DNA of 64,000 bases from Octopus sinensis (lineage: Eukaryota): contig NC_043016.1 of NCBI RefSeq assembly GCF_006345805.1, forward strand, positions 13,020,001 through 13,084,000, in the 5' to 3' direction. Below are positions 51,003 to 64,000 of this stretch, piece by piece (the stretch's first letter is position 1; every line of letters starts with the position of its first letter). The notes under the pieces are model-generated. The model did not search any database. It saw nothing but the letters and a program-made list of their open reading frames with translations, and was not told the origin of the DNA. The translations under genes were made by a program, and so were the position numbers.

Positions 51003-54000
51003 TTTGTATTAAGCTTGCTTCCCGACCACATGGTTTTTGATTCAGCTCCACTACATGGTGCCTTGGACAAGTGTTTTCTCCTATATCCTTGGGGTGACCA
51101 AAGCTTTGTCAGTGGATTTAGTAGATGAAAACTGAAAGAAGTTTGTTACATGTGTATGTATGTGTGTGTGTGTGTGTGTGTGTGTCTTCATGTCTGTGTT
51201 TCTCCCTTACTGTCACTTCACAGCCAATGTTGGTATGTTTACGTTCTTCATAACTTAGAAGTTCAGCAAAAGAAACCCACAGAATAATTTCCAAGCTTTA
51301 AAAAAAAAAAAGTCCTAGGGCCACTTCATTTGCCTAAAACTTTTCAAGGCATTGCTCCATCATGGCTGCTCTCCAATGACTGAAACCAGTAAAAGATACG
51401 AGAATGATATATATGGCTGTATGGTTAAGAAATTTGCTTCACAACCACATGGCTTCAGGTTCAGTCTTACTGCATGGCATCATGTACATGTGTCACCTTT
51501 TATAACCTCCAGGCCAACCGAAGCCTTAGGTTGACAGAAACTGTGAGAAGCCTGTCATTACACCACTAAACTGAATGTTATCAAAAAGGCGTCAAAATTG
51601 TGATGATATCATGTTGACAACTGATGAGGAGTGAGCATCGTCCACATCCTTTCTGTGTTTTTTTCTTCTTATTTTCTGTATGTTCCTTTGATGTCTTCTT
51701 GTACTAGAGTTTGCTTTGTGTATGTGTGAGTGTGCATGTGTGCGCATTTATTTCACCACCACTACCATGACCGTTTGATAACTGATTTGTTTACCTTCCC
51801 TTAACTTAGTGGTTCAGCAAAAGTAAGCAACAGAATAAGTATAAAACTTTTAAAAAAAAACAGTAACCTATGGGAACCAGTTTGTTCAACTAATCCTATA
51901 AGGTGATGCTGTAACATGACCATGTATATTGCAATTTTGTTTCTTGTGTGTATGAATGCCTGTTGGAATGTATGCATGGAAGAAACTCAGAGTAGCTTCT
52001 TAATACAATATCGGACATCTTGCTCCCAGATATCTAAAATTTGTAGAAACCCAGGAATGCTGTGAAATGCTCTACTATATGCTGCACCCTCTATTGTGTA
52101 CAGACACCCTATTTTTGAAGTTGTTTAATTAGCATATGGCGAGTTAGAAATAGTTTTGTCCTTTACTTTTTAAAATGGATTGATAAAGGTTAAACATACT
52201 CTGCTTTAGAAGTGTATTATTTTGTACATGTATTTGTTAAATAAAATCCTGTTCTTTTGTTTAATTTTCATCCTAAAAACATTATACAGTATACATGGTG
52301 CAGTAAGATATATTTAAGTGGATTAATAAGTATTAAATAGTTCCTGCTTTAGAATTGTATTAATTTGAAACCATTAATTACAATTTTCATAGTTTATCTT
52401 GTATTTTAAGTATTTATTTAGTCTGTCATCAGAAAACTGGAAAATCCAGAAATCTGGGACACTTCCAATCCCAAGTATGCTGGATATTTGATCTGGTACT
52501 CTTTTTTTTTTTTTTTTTGAGAAGTGGTTAGAAAAACAGTCAAAGAGAATAACTATTATTGAAAAGTTGAGAAAATGAATCATAGTTTGATAAGATTAAG
52601 CTGAAATTAGTTTGTGGTGATAATGTGTCCTGAGCTGCTAATATATAAAGTGTTGGAATCTCAGGAGATTAGTTAGTAGTGGTCAACAAGGCCAAAATAA
52701 GATGAAGTGCTAAATGTGGAACTGGTTGGTGCTCTGCCTGAAATGTTAAATTTCTCTTCTCCTGGCTCCACTAACATTATGGAATTATGGCTCTTTCTTG
52801 GTCTTACAGAGATTATCTGCTGATGTTTTGTAATGTTACAATCTTCATTCAGGTAAAAGATTTGACGTAGAATTTAGCATTAATGTCTTTGAATACAATT
52901 TTCTATGGGTTTCATGTGCTTTATGTATAGGGTAACTTAGCCAGTTTGAAACTTTCTTGCAATCTGTATTTCTGATTGCACACAGTGTGTATGTATGTAC
53001 ATATGAGCTGTAAGCAATTGAAAGCGCAGGGGTGTGTGTGTGTGTGTGTGTGTGTATGTGATATAAACGAATGTATTTGTGTGTGTCTCCTCTGATATTG
53101 ATGTTATGTGGGAAGTTATGAATATTAAATAGCTACTCATGACCACATTTCCTTTCTTGAGCTCACAACTCCTGATGGAATCAAAGGAACACCATCATGG
53201 TATATGGTGTCTTGGGCAGCTTTGACCTGATAGGCCCCCATCTCCTTCCAGGTTTGACCACAGCTGATTTCTTTCAAACGTGTGTCTTTAAAAAGTGTGT
53301 GGGAGAGGGAGAAGAATCAACTCCACTACTGGACTGGTACTTTACTGGCGACCCCAGCCCCTCTCCCAAGGAAAATGAAGACAGAGTTAACCTCAGTGGG
53401 GTTTGAACTTAAAGCACAGGGAACTAACATGAATATCCAAAGGCGTTCAATTTGCTGACCTTAGCAGCTCTGCCAGTTTGTCCTCTGTTCTATCCTTGTT
53501 TGCTGTTTTATATATATATATATCATAACCCAGACAAGTTTTACTAGAGCAGTATCCTATTGCCTTCTCCATGGGCACATGGAGACTAAAACTTTTAATG
53601 AAGGAACATGTTGAAATGTTCTTGCCTCTTCCTCAAGCATAAAGGGAGTAAAACATAAAGTACGGAACCAAAATAAGTTCGTTTGTTTCCCTTTTGTGTA
53701 GAAGACTGATATGAAGAACTGTCTGTCACTGGCATTGTATTTTATGCATGTCCAAGACACACGATTCTCAGTGACTGAGTCTACATAACTTAAGATAGGT
53801 ACCATTTGTAGTCTAGTTTACCATTTATAAACAGTGTTAGCATTGGAATTCATTGGCTGACATCATTTCCTCTCATAAAAGAACTTACCTGTCAAAGACC
53901 AGTATCCTTGTATCTAGAAGAGAATATATCTTTCACCTGCTTAACATTACAGAAACCCAGATTTGAATAGCAGCAGCCCTTTGTTTCCTTTTTAATTTGG

Positions 54001-54158
54001 CAACAGATTAAGGCATCTGTGTACCTTTTTTTATGTTTTTATTATTTTTTTTTTAGCTGCAGTGCTTGTGTACCTATCATTAGTAATTAAAGGAAAATTG
54101 TATTTAATTAGCACATCTCCTTCAATGATCATATTGAAATGTTCAATGCACCAGTGGT

Positions 54159-54217
<59 letters not shown>

Positions 54218-54649
54218 GTTTGGGGTTGGGGATGGGGAGTGGGGGTTATTGTGAAAGGGGGGGGAGTGTGTATTCCTTGTGATTCATATATATATATCTA
54301 CATTGTTGAATGACTAGGAAGTAGAGGAGCTCATAACTGTCAAATTTCTACTGTTGATTGAATTCGTCAGTAGTTGATAGTAAACTGCTGTTGGCCACAT
54401 GGATGACTCATATGTAAGCAGTCAGATGGTTCTACACCCCCACTATCACCCACTATATTTGTGTGTGTGTGTATGTATATAAATGTATGTATATAAATGT
54501 GTGTGTGCATGTATTGCATTTGCACATGCATTCATATGTGCAGACAGTGTAGGGAGCAGTAAGAATTACTGGGTGCTTGTCTTCAAGATTTATCAGATTA
54601 ATAGCATGGTTGCTGGTGCATGTGAAAAGCCCGGTTCCTGGCTTGGATT

Positions 54650-54730
54650 CTGATTGGCCAAAGTTGTGTTATTTCAGCGAACTTATTTCGCATTGTATAT
54701 AAATGGAAATCTATTTAGATGACAGCGTTA
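54650..54730 (+). promoter_or_regulatory. Possible Pol II core promoter (inverted CCAAT box plus TATA box)
   Basis: CTGATTGGCC (ATTGG at 54653-54657) and TATATAAA at 54696-54703 in a repeat-free, CpG-retaining stretch. Confidence 0.25.
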
Positions 54731-54947
54731 ACACACCTCAGTTAATTCGTTTTTCTATTTTTTCTCATTAATTTCTTTCACATTACCTCATTGGATTAAT
54801 TTGAATAAGTTAACCACAGTGACGTGGACAAAGTGACATGTCAAGATGAAAACCGTACTGTCGTTTAATAAACAGGAGTTTGATTACTGGATCATATTTG
54901 CTGCGTCTCAATTTTTGAAGGTGCTAAGAAAAGTCGAAATGGAACAG

Positions 54948-55166
54948 TACTCTTTTACTTGTTTCAGTCATTTGACTGCGGCCATGCTGGAGCACCACCT
55001 TTAGTCGAGCAAATCGACCCCGGGACTTATTCTTTGTAAGCCCAGTACTTATTCTATCGGTCTCTTTTGCCGAACCGCTAAGTGACGGGGACGTAAACAC
55101 ACCAGCATCGGTTGTCAAGCAATGCTAGGGGGACAAACACAGACACACAAACATATACACACACAT

Positions 55167-55211
<45 letters not shown>

Positions 55212-55318
55212 GACAGGCTTCTTTCAGTTTCCGTCTACCAAATTCACTCACAAGGCATTGGTCGGCCCGAGGCTATAGCAGAAGACACTTGCCCAAGATG
55301 CCATGCAGTGGGACTAAA
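54948..55318 (-). mobile_element. SINE family B, 5-prime truncated
   Basis: Near-identical to 15615-16024. Confidence 0.9.
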
Positions 55319-56884
55319 GTCTGAAGTTTTTTTTATTATTTATTATTATTTTCTTTCAGCAGAGACGCAAACATTGATATGTTAGTTGTTCTTTGAGTAA
55401 CTGCAATTAGTGACAACCAGATTAATTTACAAAGCAGAAAGTTAGGAATAATATTCATCAGTTTACATTGGATATTCTCACTGGATTTTATGCCCAATAA
55501 AACTTGGTTTTGAATTATTATATGTTATACATGAGGTAACTTAAAACACAGAATTCAGTCTAAATACTTTCTGTTGCACCTGCCCAGACATCATTGAGAG
55601 TGGGTGGGAACTTATTATAAATGGAGACTAATATAGATAATTCTTATTCAGCGAACCCCAAAGAAAGATACTGTATCCCCCATTCCACTAGATCTACCTA
55701 CCCTTCCTTTACCACTGTTATCCTTGTATCTTAAATCCTTCTACACCCTTCACATATTAGATTTAATCTTTAGAGATCTGTTATATCTAACTATCATCAT
55801 CATCATCATCATTTAACATCCACTTTCCATGCTGGCATGGGTTGGACGGTTTCACAGGAGCTGGTTAGGCACAAGACTGCACCAGGCTTTGATATCTATT
55901 TTGCCATAGATTTTACAGCTGGATGCTCTTCCTAACACCAACCTCTTTACAGAGTAGACTGTATGTGCTCTAAAATTGAAACAACATTTAGTTTAGAATA
56001 AAATAGATCGGTAATGATGGGAGAACTCTGACTGATGCTGCAGCATGGTCATGTTCTACTTGGTGGAATGCATAAATGATTAAACTCTTTAAAGTGCTAG
56101 TATGGTTTTGTAGCAAGGGGCTTGCTCCCAACAATGTGGCCTTGAGTTCAGTTACGCTGTACAGAACTTTGGGCAACTGTCTTCTTTAGCCCCAGACCAA
56201 TCAAAGCCTTGTCAGTGAACTGGGTGGACAGAAGCTAAAAGAAGCCCATTGTGTTTGTGTGTTAAGGTGCATGGCTTCATGGTTAGGGATTTGGTTCGTG
56301 GCCATAAGGTTGAGAGTTTGATTTCTGGCAGTGTGTTGTGTTCTTGAGCAAGACACTCTTTTTTTTTTCACATTGCTCCAGTCTACTCTGCTAGCAGACA
56401 TGAGTTGTACTTGTAATTTGATGCTCCACCCTTGTTACATTCTGTATTATGCTGAACCTCCCTGAGAATTATGTTAAAGGTTCGCTTGTCTCTGGTGTGC
56501 TCAGCCACTTACATGTTCTCTTGACTAGAATGACTGGAACCCTTGTCATTACAAATGACTCAGAACTTGTGCATGTGTGTGTGTGTCCCCTTGTCAAGAC
56601 ATTATGTGATAGCTGTAAATAAGTATTTATGCCGTACAAGTTAGGTTGTTAGCTTCCAGTGTTCTGTGAAAACATGTCTGGCCATAAGGAAGTATTACCT
56701 TTGCTTGGAAGCAAGTAATGGTTGGCAACTGGAAAGGTATATGACTGTAGAAAACTCTACCTCAGCAAATTCCACCTGACCCATGGCAAGCATGGAAAAG
56801 GGACATTAAAACGATGATGATGAATGAGTAGGTAAATGTCCATAATATCTCATTAACCTCATAATCTGGAGAAATGTCATAAAT

Positions 56885-57846
56885 TACGAGGTGGTATCAA
56901 AAGTTTCCTGGACTAGTTATGCTTAATAAAAAAAAAACTTATTTACCAAAGTTTTAACATCAACTTCCCTTTGAAATAGTCACCTTGCACAGCAATATAC
57001 TGGTCCCAGCATTCCTGCCACTTTTGGAATCTGGCCTGGAAGTCGTTTTCTGTGAGTCGCGGACTTTTTGCAATTCACTCTGGATCTTGACAACGATGTT
57101 AAAACAGCAACCTTTGAGCTGTATTTTCATCTTGGGGTAAGACATGGAAGCCTGCAGGTACTAAATAATCAATGCCATGTAATACCATGTTGTTCTTTGG
57201 TAAGAAACTCATGAGTGAGGAGAGCTTGGTGACAGGGTGCATTGTCATCATGAAGGATCCAGTTCTTTGTGTTCCACAGATTTGGTTGCTTTTGCTGAAT
57301 GCCCTCCTTCAAATGCTTCAAAACATTGCAGTAGAATTCTCAATTGATGATCTGACCCGGGGGGTGGGGGGTGGAATTCTCAATGTATAATACCACATTT
57401 TCGGAGGTGATGCTTGTGGCAGGTCTTCCAGAGGTGTTCTTCTGTTTTTGAAGTGCCTGTGCCACTCAAAACACTGCATACAACCCATTGCCTCATTGCC
57501 ATAAGCTTGCTGAAACATGCTCACTGTCTCAAATGCTCAGTGTCTCAATTGCTCACTGTCTCAATTGCTCACTGTCTCAATTGCTCAATGTCTCAAATGC
57601 TCAGTGTCTCAAATTTAATGAAAAATTTCACGGCGCTTTGTTCTTGTTCATGACAAAATTGCAGACTACAGTAAACATGTCATCACAAAAACACAAATTT
57701 CATAACTGTGTGGTCATACAGCAATGTCACCTGGTGCACTACTTCATGAAGATCTCTGCTAGCTCTCATTGCACATGCAACCGTGAGCTGCCATCTGTTG
57801 GTGTGCTAACAAAACTTGTCTCAGAACTTTTTGATACCACCTCATA
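56885..57846 (-). mobile_element. Internally deleted mariner transposon
   Basis: TA-bounded TIRs TACGAGGTGGTATCAAAAG / CTTTTTGATACCACCTCATA. Transposase remnants: N-terminal (ET)LSMFQQAYGNEAMGCMQCFEWHRHFK, C-terminal YPKMKIQLKGCCFNIVVKIQSE and ENDFQARFQKWQECWDQYIAVQGDYFKG. Confidence 0.9.
57518..57613. repeat. 16-bp tandem repeat TGCTCACTGTCTCAAW, 6 copies, inside the mariner coding region
   Basis: The unit is the ETLS codon block of the transposase N-terminus, read on the minus strand. Confidence 0.9.
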
Positions 57847-58692
57847 TACAGATACTGATTTTTATAAACTATGAAATGAACCATGTTCATTCTTGCCCCT
57901 TCACCCCACACACATACATACTTTCCTTTCTTTTGAAGTTTCCAATATAATCTTCAATTAAACTCAATTAAATCTATTTTGTGTGCTTATTTTTACCTCC
58001 CTGTATACTTATTCTTGCTGTGTTTTAGCATCTTGCCCTTTACTTTTTTTTTAATTGGACTCCCCTTCTTAGAACATCATTTAACATATGAGTTGTGTGT
58101 GTGTATGTATGTGTGTGTGTGTGTGTGTGTGTGCGTGCGTATGTGGTAGTGGTTGCAAGTACAGTTTCTTCTTCTTGACCAAACAAATAGTGGGTTGGGT
58201 TTGGGGGAGAAGGTGTTAATGGGTGCTGATTATTAAAAATATTATTTTAGATCAAGTTAAGAGATGTACTACTTCTCTCAAAATTCTTAACGAATTTGAT
58301 TGGTATTGGTGCTGATTGCTGGTGGTGTAGAGAGAATGGTTGGTAGTCTTATGAAGTGGAAGTATAATTACTAATGCTTCAAGAGTTTACACTTTGCAAA
58401 CTAGCACACTTATGTTTGTTTGTTTTTGTTTTCTTTAAAGTATACTATATTTCATCTTTAAGCAATATAATCCTTTCTACTTTAGGCACAAGACTTGATT
58501 TGGGGGGAGAGGGAGGCTACTTGATTTCAATGACCCCAATATTCAACTGGTACTTATTTCATCAACTCCAAAAGGATGAAAGGCCAAGTCAACCCTGGTG
58601 TAATTTGGAGTCAAAAAGTATGCTTTTATTAAAACTAAAAACCTTCACAGACAGTTACTCATGTTACCATTTATCGAACAGTTGCCGTCACA

Positions 58693-58815
58693 ACTGTCCA
58701 GTGAACAGTAACCTGAAACTCTGAGTAACAGTCTTGTTAAAATTCTGCAGCTTTAATAAAAGCATATTACTCTACTTTTGGTATTCAAGTACTATTTTTT
58801 CCCACTTTATTTTGC
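58693..58815 (+). mobile_element. Decayed copy of the 28.4-28.6 kb hammerhead-bearing element
   Basis: ACTGT-CCAGTGA-ACAGTAACCT-GAAA-CTC(T)GAG-TA-ACAGT, then AAAGCATATTACTCTAC...GTACTATTTTTTCCCAC, matching the reverse complement of 28440-28523. Catalytic core is mutated. Confidence 0.8.
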
Positions 58816-58950
58816 AGTTATGTACTTACTTGTGTGTGTGTGAGTTTTTACATGTGAATATATATAGAGACTTGTTTGATACTGCATTTAAATGCCTCCA
58901 TGCAGCTCAGCCAACATGGGAAAATGGATGTGTGTGTGTATTCATCTATT

Positions 58951-59169
58951 AAGGCAGCGAGCTGGCAGAAATGTTAGCGCACCGGGCAAAATGCTAGCGG
59001 TATTTTGTCTGCCGTTACATTCTGAGTCCAAATTCCACCGAGGTCGACTTTGCCTTTCATCCTTCTGGGGTCGATAAATTAAGTACCAGTTACGCGCTGG
59101 GATCGATGTAATGGACTTATTCCCCTTGTTTGTCCCTCTATGTTCAGCCCCTTGTGGGCAATAAAGAAA
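58951..59169 (+). mobile_element. SINE family A
   Basis: High similarity to other copies. Confidence 0.9.
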
Positions 59170-59459
59170 TGTGTGTGTGTGTGCATTCACCTATTATGTG
59201 CTCATGTTAGTGACTTATTACTCATTGGATATGTTAATTACACAGAAAATGTTGTTTGGTTAAATTTGAGCTAGAATTTTTTGTTTTTGCATGTGTATGT
59301 TTTGCACATGTCCAGCACTGTTAAATATGCGCTAAAATCTTCTGACGTCATCATACTTCAAATATTCTGAGAATATACTAATTTAATTGTATATTAGAAA
59401 CACAAAGGGTTATTTTAACAATGTTGAAAAATCTGAATAATGTTGAAGAAATCAATAAT

Positions 59460-60200
59460 AACTATACATAAAGTAGAGCACCAACTGTATACTGCTTAAA
59501 GAGAATCACATACAAGAGCATAGTAATTCTTTAGGGAAAAAGAACTAGAATAGTTTCAGCAACACCCAGTTTTGTTTTCCAGAATAAATTGCCTGATACA
59601 ATTTCTACAACATACAACCATGTCCCAGAGAAGATATTTTGGAAATTAAGAGTTGACTGTGTGTATCTCGATTACACCAAAGTTGATCATGATATTTTAT
59701 GGCACAGGAGTGGCTACGTGGTAAGCAGCTTGCTTACCAACCACATGGTTCTAGGTTCAGCCCCACTGCATGGCACCTTGGGCAAGTGTCTTCTACTATA
59801 GCCTCCGACTGACCAAGCCTTGTGAGTGGATTTGGTAGATGGAAACTGAAAGAAGCTTGTCATGTGTGTGTTCTCCATCATCACTTGACAACCGATGCTG
59901 ATGTGCTTATGTCCCCCTAACTTAGCAGTTTGGAAAAATAAACTGATGAAATAAGTACTAGGCTTATAAAGAATAAACTCTGGAGTCAGTTTGTTTGACT
60001 AAAGGAGGTGCTCCAACATGGCCACAGTTAATGACTGAAACAAATATAAGAATAAAGGAATAATAAAGCAGGAATGATGGGTACTTGACTGTTTGGCTTT
60101 CTTCAAAACTTAAGTTAAATGACAGCTGCCAGAGGCAACTAAAATGCCTGCTTGTTTTTAGTGGAGTACCACAAGTACCGTTCTTAGAACTTTTTTGATC
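59460..60200 (+). pseudogene. CR1/L2-like RT remnant split by a SINE
   Basis: VDCVYLDYTKVDHDILWH before the SINE (59702-60058) and SGVPQ(G)TVL after it. Confidence 0.7.
59702..60058 (+). mobile_element. SINE family B nested in a CR1-like LINE
   Basis: Family match; splits the LINE RT. Other degenerate copies near 17768-18140, 48540-48890, 50148-50525 and 50990-51400. Confidence 0.85.
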
Positions 60201-60261
60201 TAATGATCAATATCATCATTTAATATCTATTTTCCTTCATTGGACACTAAACTCTGCTTGT

Positions 60262-60772
60262 GAAGAACTGTTGAGGCAAGTGAAATCGAAATCAAATTCG
60301 ATGACAGCACCGCATGACTGGCATCTGTGCTAGTGGAGCACTAAGAGCACCATCTAAGTGTGATCATTGCCAGAGCAGCTGAATGGCTTCCATGCCGGTG
60401 GCATGTAAAAAGCACCATTCATGTGTGATCGTTACCAGCGTCACCTTACTGGCACTTGTGCCAATGGCACGTGAAAAGAACATTGGAGCATTGCCAGTGC
60501 CGCTGGAGTGGTTCCTGTGCAGGTGGCACATAAAAAACACCATTTGAGCTTGGCAGTTGCCAGTACCGCCTGACTGGCCCTCGTGCCGGTGGCATGTAAA
60601 AGCACCCACTACACTCTGTAAAGTGGTTGGCGTTAGGAAGGGCATCCAGGTGTTGAAACTCTGCCAGATGAGATTGGAGCCTGGTGCAGCCGTCTGGTTC
60701 GCCAGTCCTCAGTCAAATCGGCCAACCCATGCCAGCATGGAAAGCGGACGTTAAACGATGATGATGATGATG
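60262..60772 (+). mobile_element. SINE family C (GTGCCGGTGGCACGTAAAA internal repeats, (GAT)n tail; 3-prime end resembles RTE partner SINEs)
   Basis: Related copies at 11541-11800, 18150-18322, 20640-21000, 25425-25600, 27205-27350, 28865-29065, 44010-44175, 49293-49445, 55793-55950 and 61926-62555. Confidence 0.85.
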
Positions 60773-60918
60773 TATATATATATATGAAAAAGAAAACTGA
60801 ACAGACAGAATGTAATGTATGCATTAGTATGTTGTATGTTGATTATATGTACACGTATATGTATTTGCGTATGTGTATATAGTTACTGTCTAGCAACAAG
60901 AAATGATGTAAATTACCA

Positions 60919-60977
<59 letters not shown>

Positions 60978-61559
60978 CATGTTTGTTAAGGGAAGGGTTT
61001 CTAAATTAACAAAAACGAATTGCTTCTGCAATTCCAGGTCTGTTTTTGTGCTTTATTCCTGTAGGATTACATTGTTATTAACAAAATGTCTTTCTCCCTA
61101 ATTTACTTTCATGTATATTTATAGAGTATATATTTACACTGGTGTTATTTTATGTTTGTGGCTTACCAGATGAATGCTTTTATGAATTCATTTCACAAGT
61201 GCGATTGAGTTGAAGTTCAGCTTCTAATTCTGGATTTACTGGTTATATTTCATTCTTTGAACTTTGTGACATTTATTAACAAACATGCAGATAAAAAGAT
61301 ACTGTCGAACATTAGTTGAACTGTATATTCTCCTGTAAAATAAATTTGTGTTCTATGTGTGTTTAGGTGATAACAGCTTAGATAAAGAAACAATATTGCT
61401 CTAAAAATCAGGCATATTTAGTTATAAAGATAGCAAAGAACTTTTATTTGGGGTTTTTATTTATTTATTCCATGTTAAAAGTGGGATTCCTTTAGGTGTG
61501 AATGTTTTATTTTCATAAGTCAGATGAGAAAGGTGCAGTACTCATGACCTTTACAAATC

Positions 61560-61900
61560 CTGTCAGATTAACAGGATTAATGTTGTTGATGTTCATCTTG
61601 AATGCCTGCATATTGGTGTTTGTAGTAGTTCAAACGGGAGCAGTTAGGGTGCTAAAGAGAGCTACAGTCCTAGGAAAGAAGGGATGATTGGGTAAAGTAT
61701 TTAGTGGTAGACAAGATAGTTGTGTGTTAGGTGGAAAGTTAGGTAGATAGAGTTATTGGAGTTAGATAGAGGGAATATGCTGCAATCTAGTTGAGAGGGG
61801 CAAAGACTGTTAAAAGGGACAAAATGAGGCATCCACTGAGTGGAACATTAGGATGAAAAATTATATAATTTGTGTGGGGACTTACATTGAAATGGTGAGG
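61560..61900 (-). pseudogene. Possible L2/Crack-like LINE 3-prime remnant
   Basis: Degenerate PFFPRTVALFS and QAFKMNINNINP. Confidence 0.4.
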
Positions 61901-62127
61901 AGGAGGAAAGAAATGGGTTTAAAAGTCATCATCATCATCGTTTAACATCCGCTTTCCATGCTAGCATGGGTTGTACGGTTTGAATGGAAACTGGTGAGCC
62001 AGATGGCTGCACCAGACTCCAATCTGATCTGGCAGAGTTTCTACAGCTGGATGCCCTTCCTAATGCCAACCACTCCGAGAGTGCAGTGGGTGTTTTTATG
62101 TGCCACCGGCACGAGGGCCAATCAGAT

Positions 62128-62355
62128 GGTGAGCTGGCAGAATCGTTAGCACTCTGGGCGAAATGCATAGCCGTATTTCGTCTGCCGTTACGTTGTGAGT
62201 TCAATTTCCGCCGAGGTTGACTTTACCTATCATCCTTTCGGGGTCGATAAATTAAGGACCAGTTACGCACTGGGGTTGAGATAACCGACTTCATCCGTTT
62301 GTCTGTCCTTGTTTGTCCCCTCTGTGTTTAGCCCCTTGTGGGTAGTAAAGAAATA
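62128..62355 (+). mobile_element. SINE family A nested inside a family C SINE
   Basis: Family C sequence stops at about 62127 and resumes at 62356 (GGTACTGGCAACGG). Confidence 0.85.
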
Positions 62356-64000
62356 GGTACTGGCAACGGCTATGCTCAAATGGTGTTTTTATGTGTCACA
62401 TGCACAGGAGCCAGTCTAGCGGCACTGGCAACACCCTTGCTCGAATGTTGTTTTTCACGCACCACTGGCACAAGTGCCAGTAAGGCGATGCTGGTAATGA
62501 ACACGCTCAAATGGAGCTTTTTACGTGCCACCGGTAAGAGGGCCAGTCAGCGGCCCTGTATATGTAATATTTAAAATAAGTGAATACATGGATGATACAG
62601 TCGTTCTGATACAGGAGAAGAGTATCCTCCATCTTGGGCCAATCAAGGAGCCCAAGAAGTCCAAGAGCACCATGATCACCGAGGACTTGAACCTTCACCC
62701 AACTGTTGTTTCTCGAATCTGCTGTTGCATACTTAGAGTAGTTCTACTTACTCTAACCATTCTTATTTCAATCAATCATTTTTTTGCAAATTCGCTGGAA
62801 GAGAATACATCTCTCTACATTTCTATTTTTCATTCATTGATTTAATTAACTTCAAAAAAAGGGCAGGTCTGGCTGTGAGGCCAAAGGCATGGCTGTGTGA
62901 TTTAAGTTCACTTTCCAACCCCATGGCTTCAGGTTCATTCTCACTGCAGGGCATCTTGGGCAAACATCTGTTATAGACCCAGGTTGACCAAAGTCTTATG
63001 ACTAGATTTGGTCGACAAAGATGTAAAGAAACCTGTCACGTAATTACGTTTATATACATGTGTGTGCATGTGAGTGTGTCTTAACATCATACAATGGATA
63101 TAAATGAATGTTACAATCATACAAGAAGTGTCTCTTATTTCTGACCTTCCATGAAAAACATGTCTGGCCACGGGGAAATATTTCCTTGCTTGGAAACAGG
63201 TGAGGGTTGGTGACAGGAAGGACATCCAGGCTGTAGGAAATCTGCCACAACTAATCTTGTCTGATCTAACGATTGCATGAGAAAATACGACATTAAAGCG
63301 ATTATGTTGAAGGAAGCACTTCTGTAGTCAATTTTAAGCAGTAAATTTATAAATGATACAGTGGGATTATAAGTGTATGGTATGCCATATTATGTTCCTC
63401 TAGTTGTAGATAAGATTCATTATGTAGGTGACATTTGTTTATGGACTTGAAAGCTGGCAACAGAATTATGTTTAAGCTGGGAATTATTACACACACACCA
63501 TACACTACTTCATTGAAAAATAATAGATAAGATTGATGATAATGACTTTTAAAGTATTTTAGATAGAATATTTATAGTAAGCTCAGGGAGAAGAATACAG
63601 ACACACTGACAGACGCTGAAATACACAGAAGGATGGACAGACAGAGAGCTGTAGTTTATTTTAGATTGATCCATTGGGCTGTTACAGTAAAGTCTCTCCC
63701 ATCTTATTGTTGGTTCCTGAGGCAGGAATAGACAGTCTTTACCCATATGAAGAAGATCTGACAGTACAGCTATTCTGTTGTGGTATTGAGTACTTTTTCT
63801 CTTGCTAACACCAATTCACACACACTACACAAGTGTGTGTGTGTCCGTGTCCCATGGTGGTTTGTTGACAAATTTTTCTGCTTTGTAATATTTTCTGTTG
63901 TTCTAATGGTGTTTCTCTTTTCAAAAAATAAACAAAACATATTTGTTCTGTACAATACACATTTTTTGACACTTACAAAATAACAAAAGTTAGTTTGTTT

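Noticed and set aside
52810-52852. 43-nt plus-strand exon candidate phase-compatible with 10551-10677
   Set aside because: Weak donor (GTAAAA) and an unconvincing peptide; phase match has a 1-in-3 chance.
53889-53913. 25-nt minus-strand micro-exon candidate (TTCTAG| ... CAG|GTAAGT)
   Set aside because: Too short to evaluate; such site pairs arise by chance in 64 kb.
54325-54375. Minus-strand CTGACGA...GAAA hammerhead-like pattern
   Set aside because: Weak stem II, G at the cleavage position and mismatched stem I.

Overview
Repeat-dense, AT-rich animal genomic DNA, intronic or intergenic. From the SINE families and the CA/TA/CAT microsatellite load I infer a coleoid cephalopod, most likely Octopus. 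No host protein-coding gene can be identified with confidence; nearly all ORFs in the supplied track are microsatellite or antisense-TE artefacts. The best host-exon candidate is a 127-nt AG/GT-bounded open segment at 10551-10677 (+). The window contains dozens of SINE copies (at least five families), decayed LINE fragments (RTE, CR1/L2-like, L1/Tx1-like), two Penelope-like (PLE) GIY-YIG endonuclease remnants, an internally deleted mariner, and hAT and piggyBac-type MITEs. The most notable signal is not visible in the ORF track: two structurally complete minimal type I hammerhead ribozyme motifs of different sequence (10690-10732 minus; 28525-28562 plus), plus a decayed paralog of the second (58693-58732). 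At 28.4-28.6 kb the ribozyme-bearing element is fused head-to-head with an inverted copy of itself that starts within 1 nt of the predicted cleavage site. Two more fold-back structures (1338-1618, 21141-21318) have similar architecture. Together these suggest PLE-derived or retrozyme-like non-autonomous elements that use ribozyme cleavage to define their ends. All motifs were read by eye and need computational and experimental confirmation.
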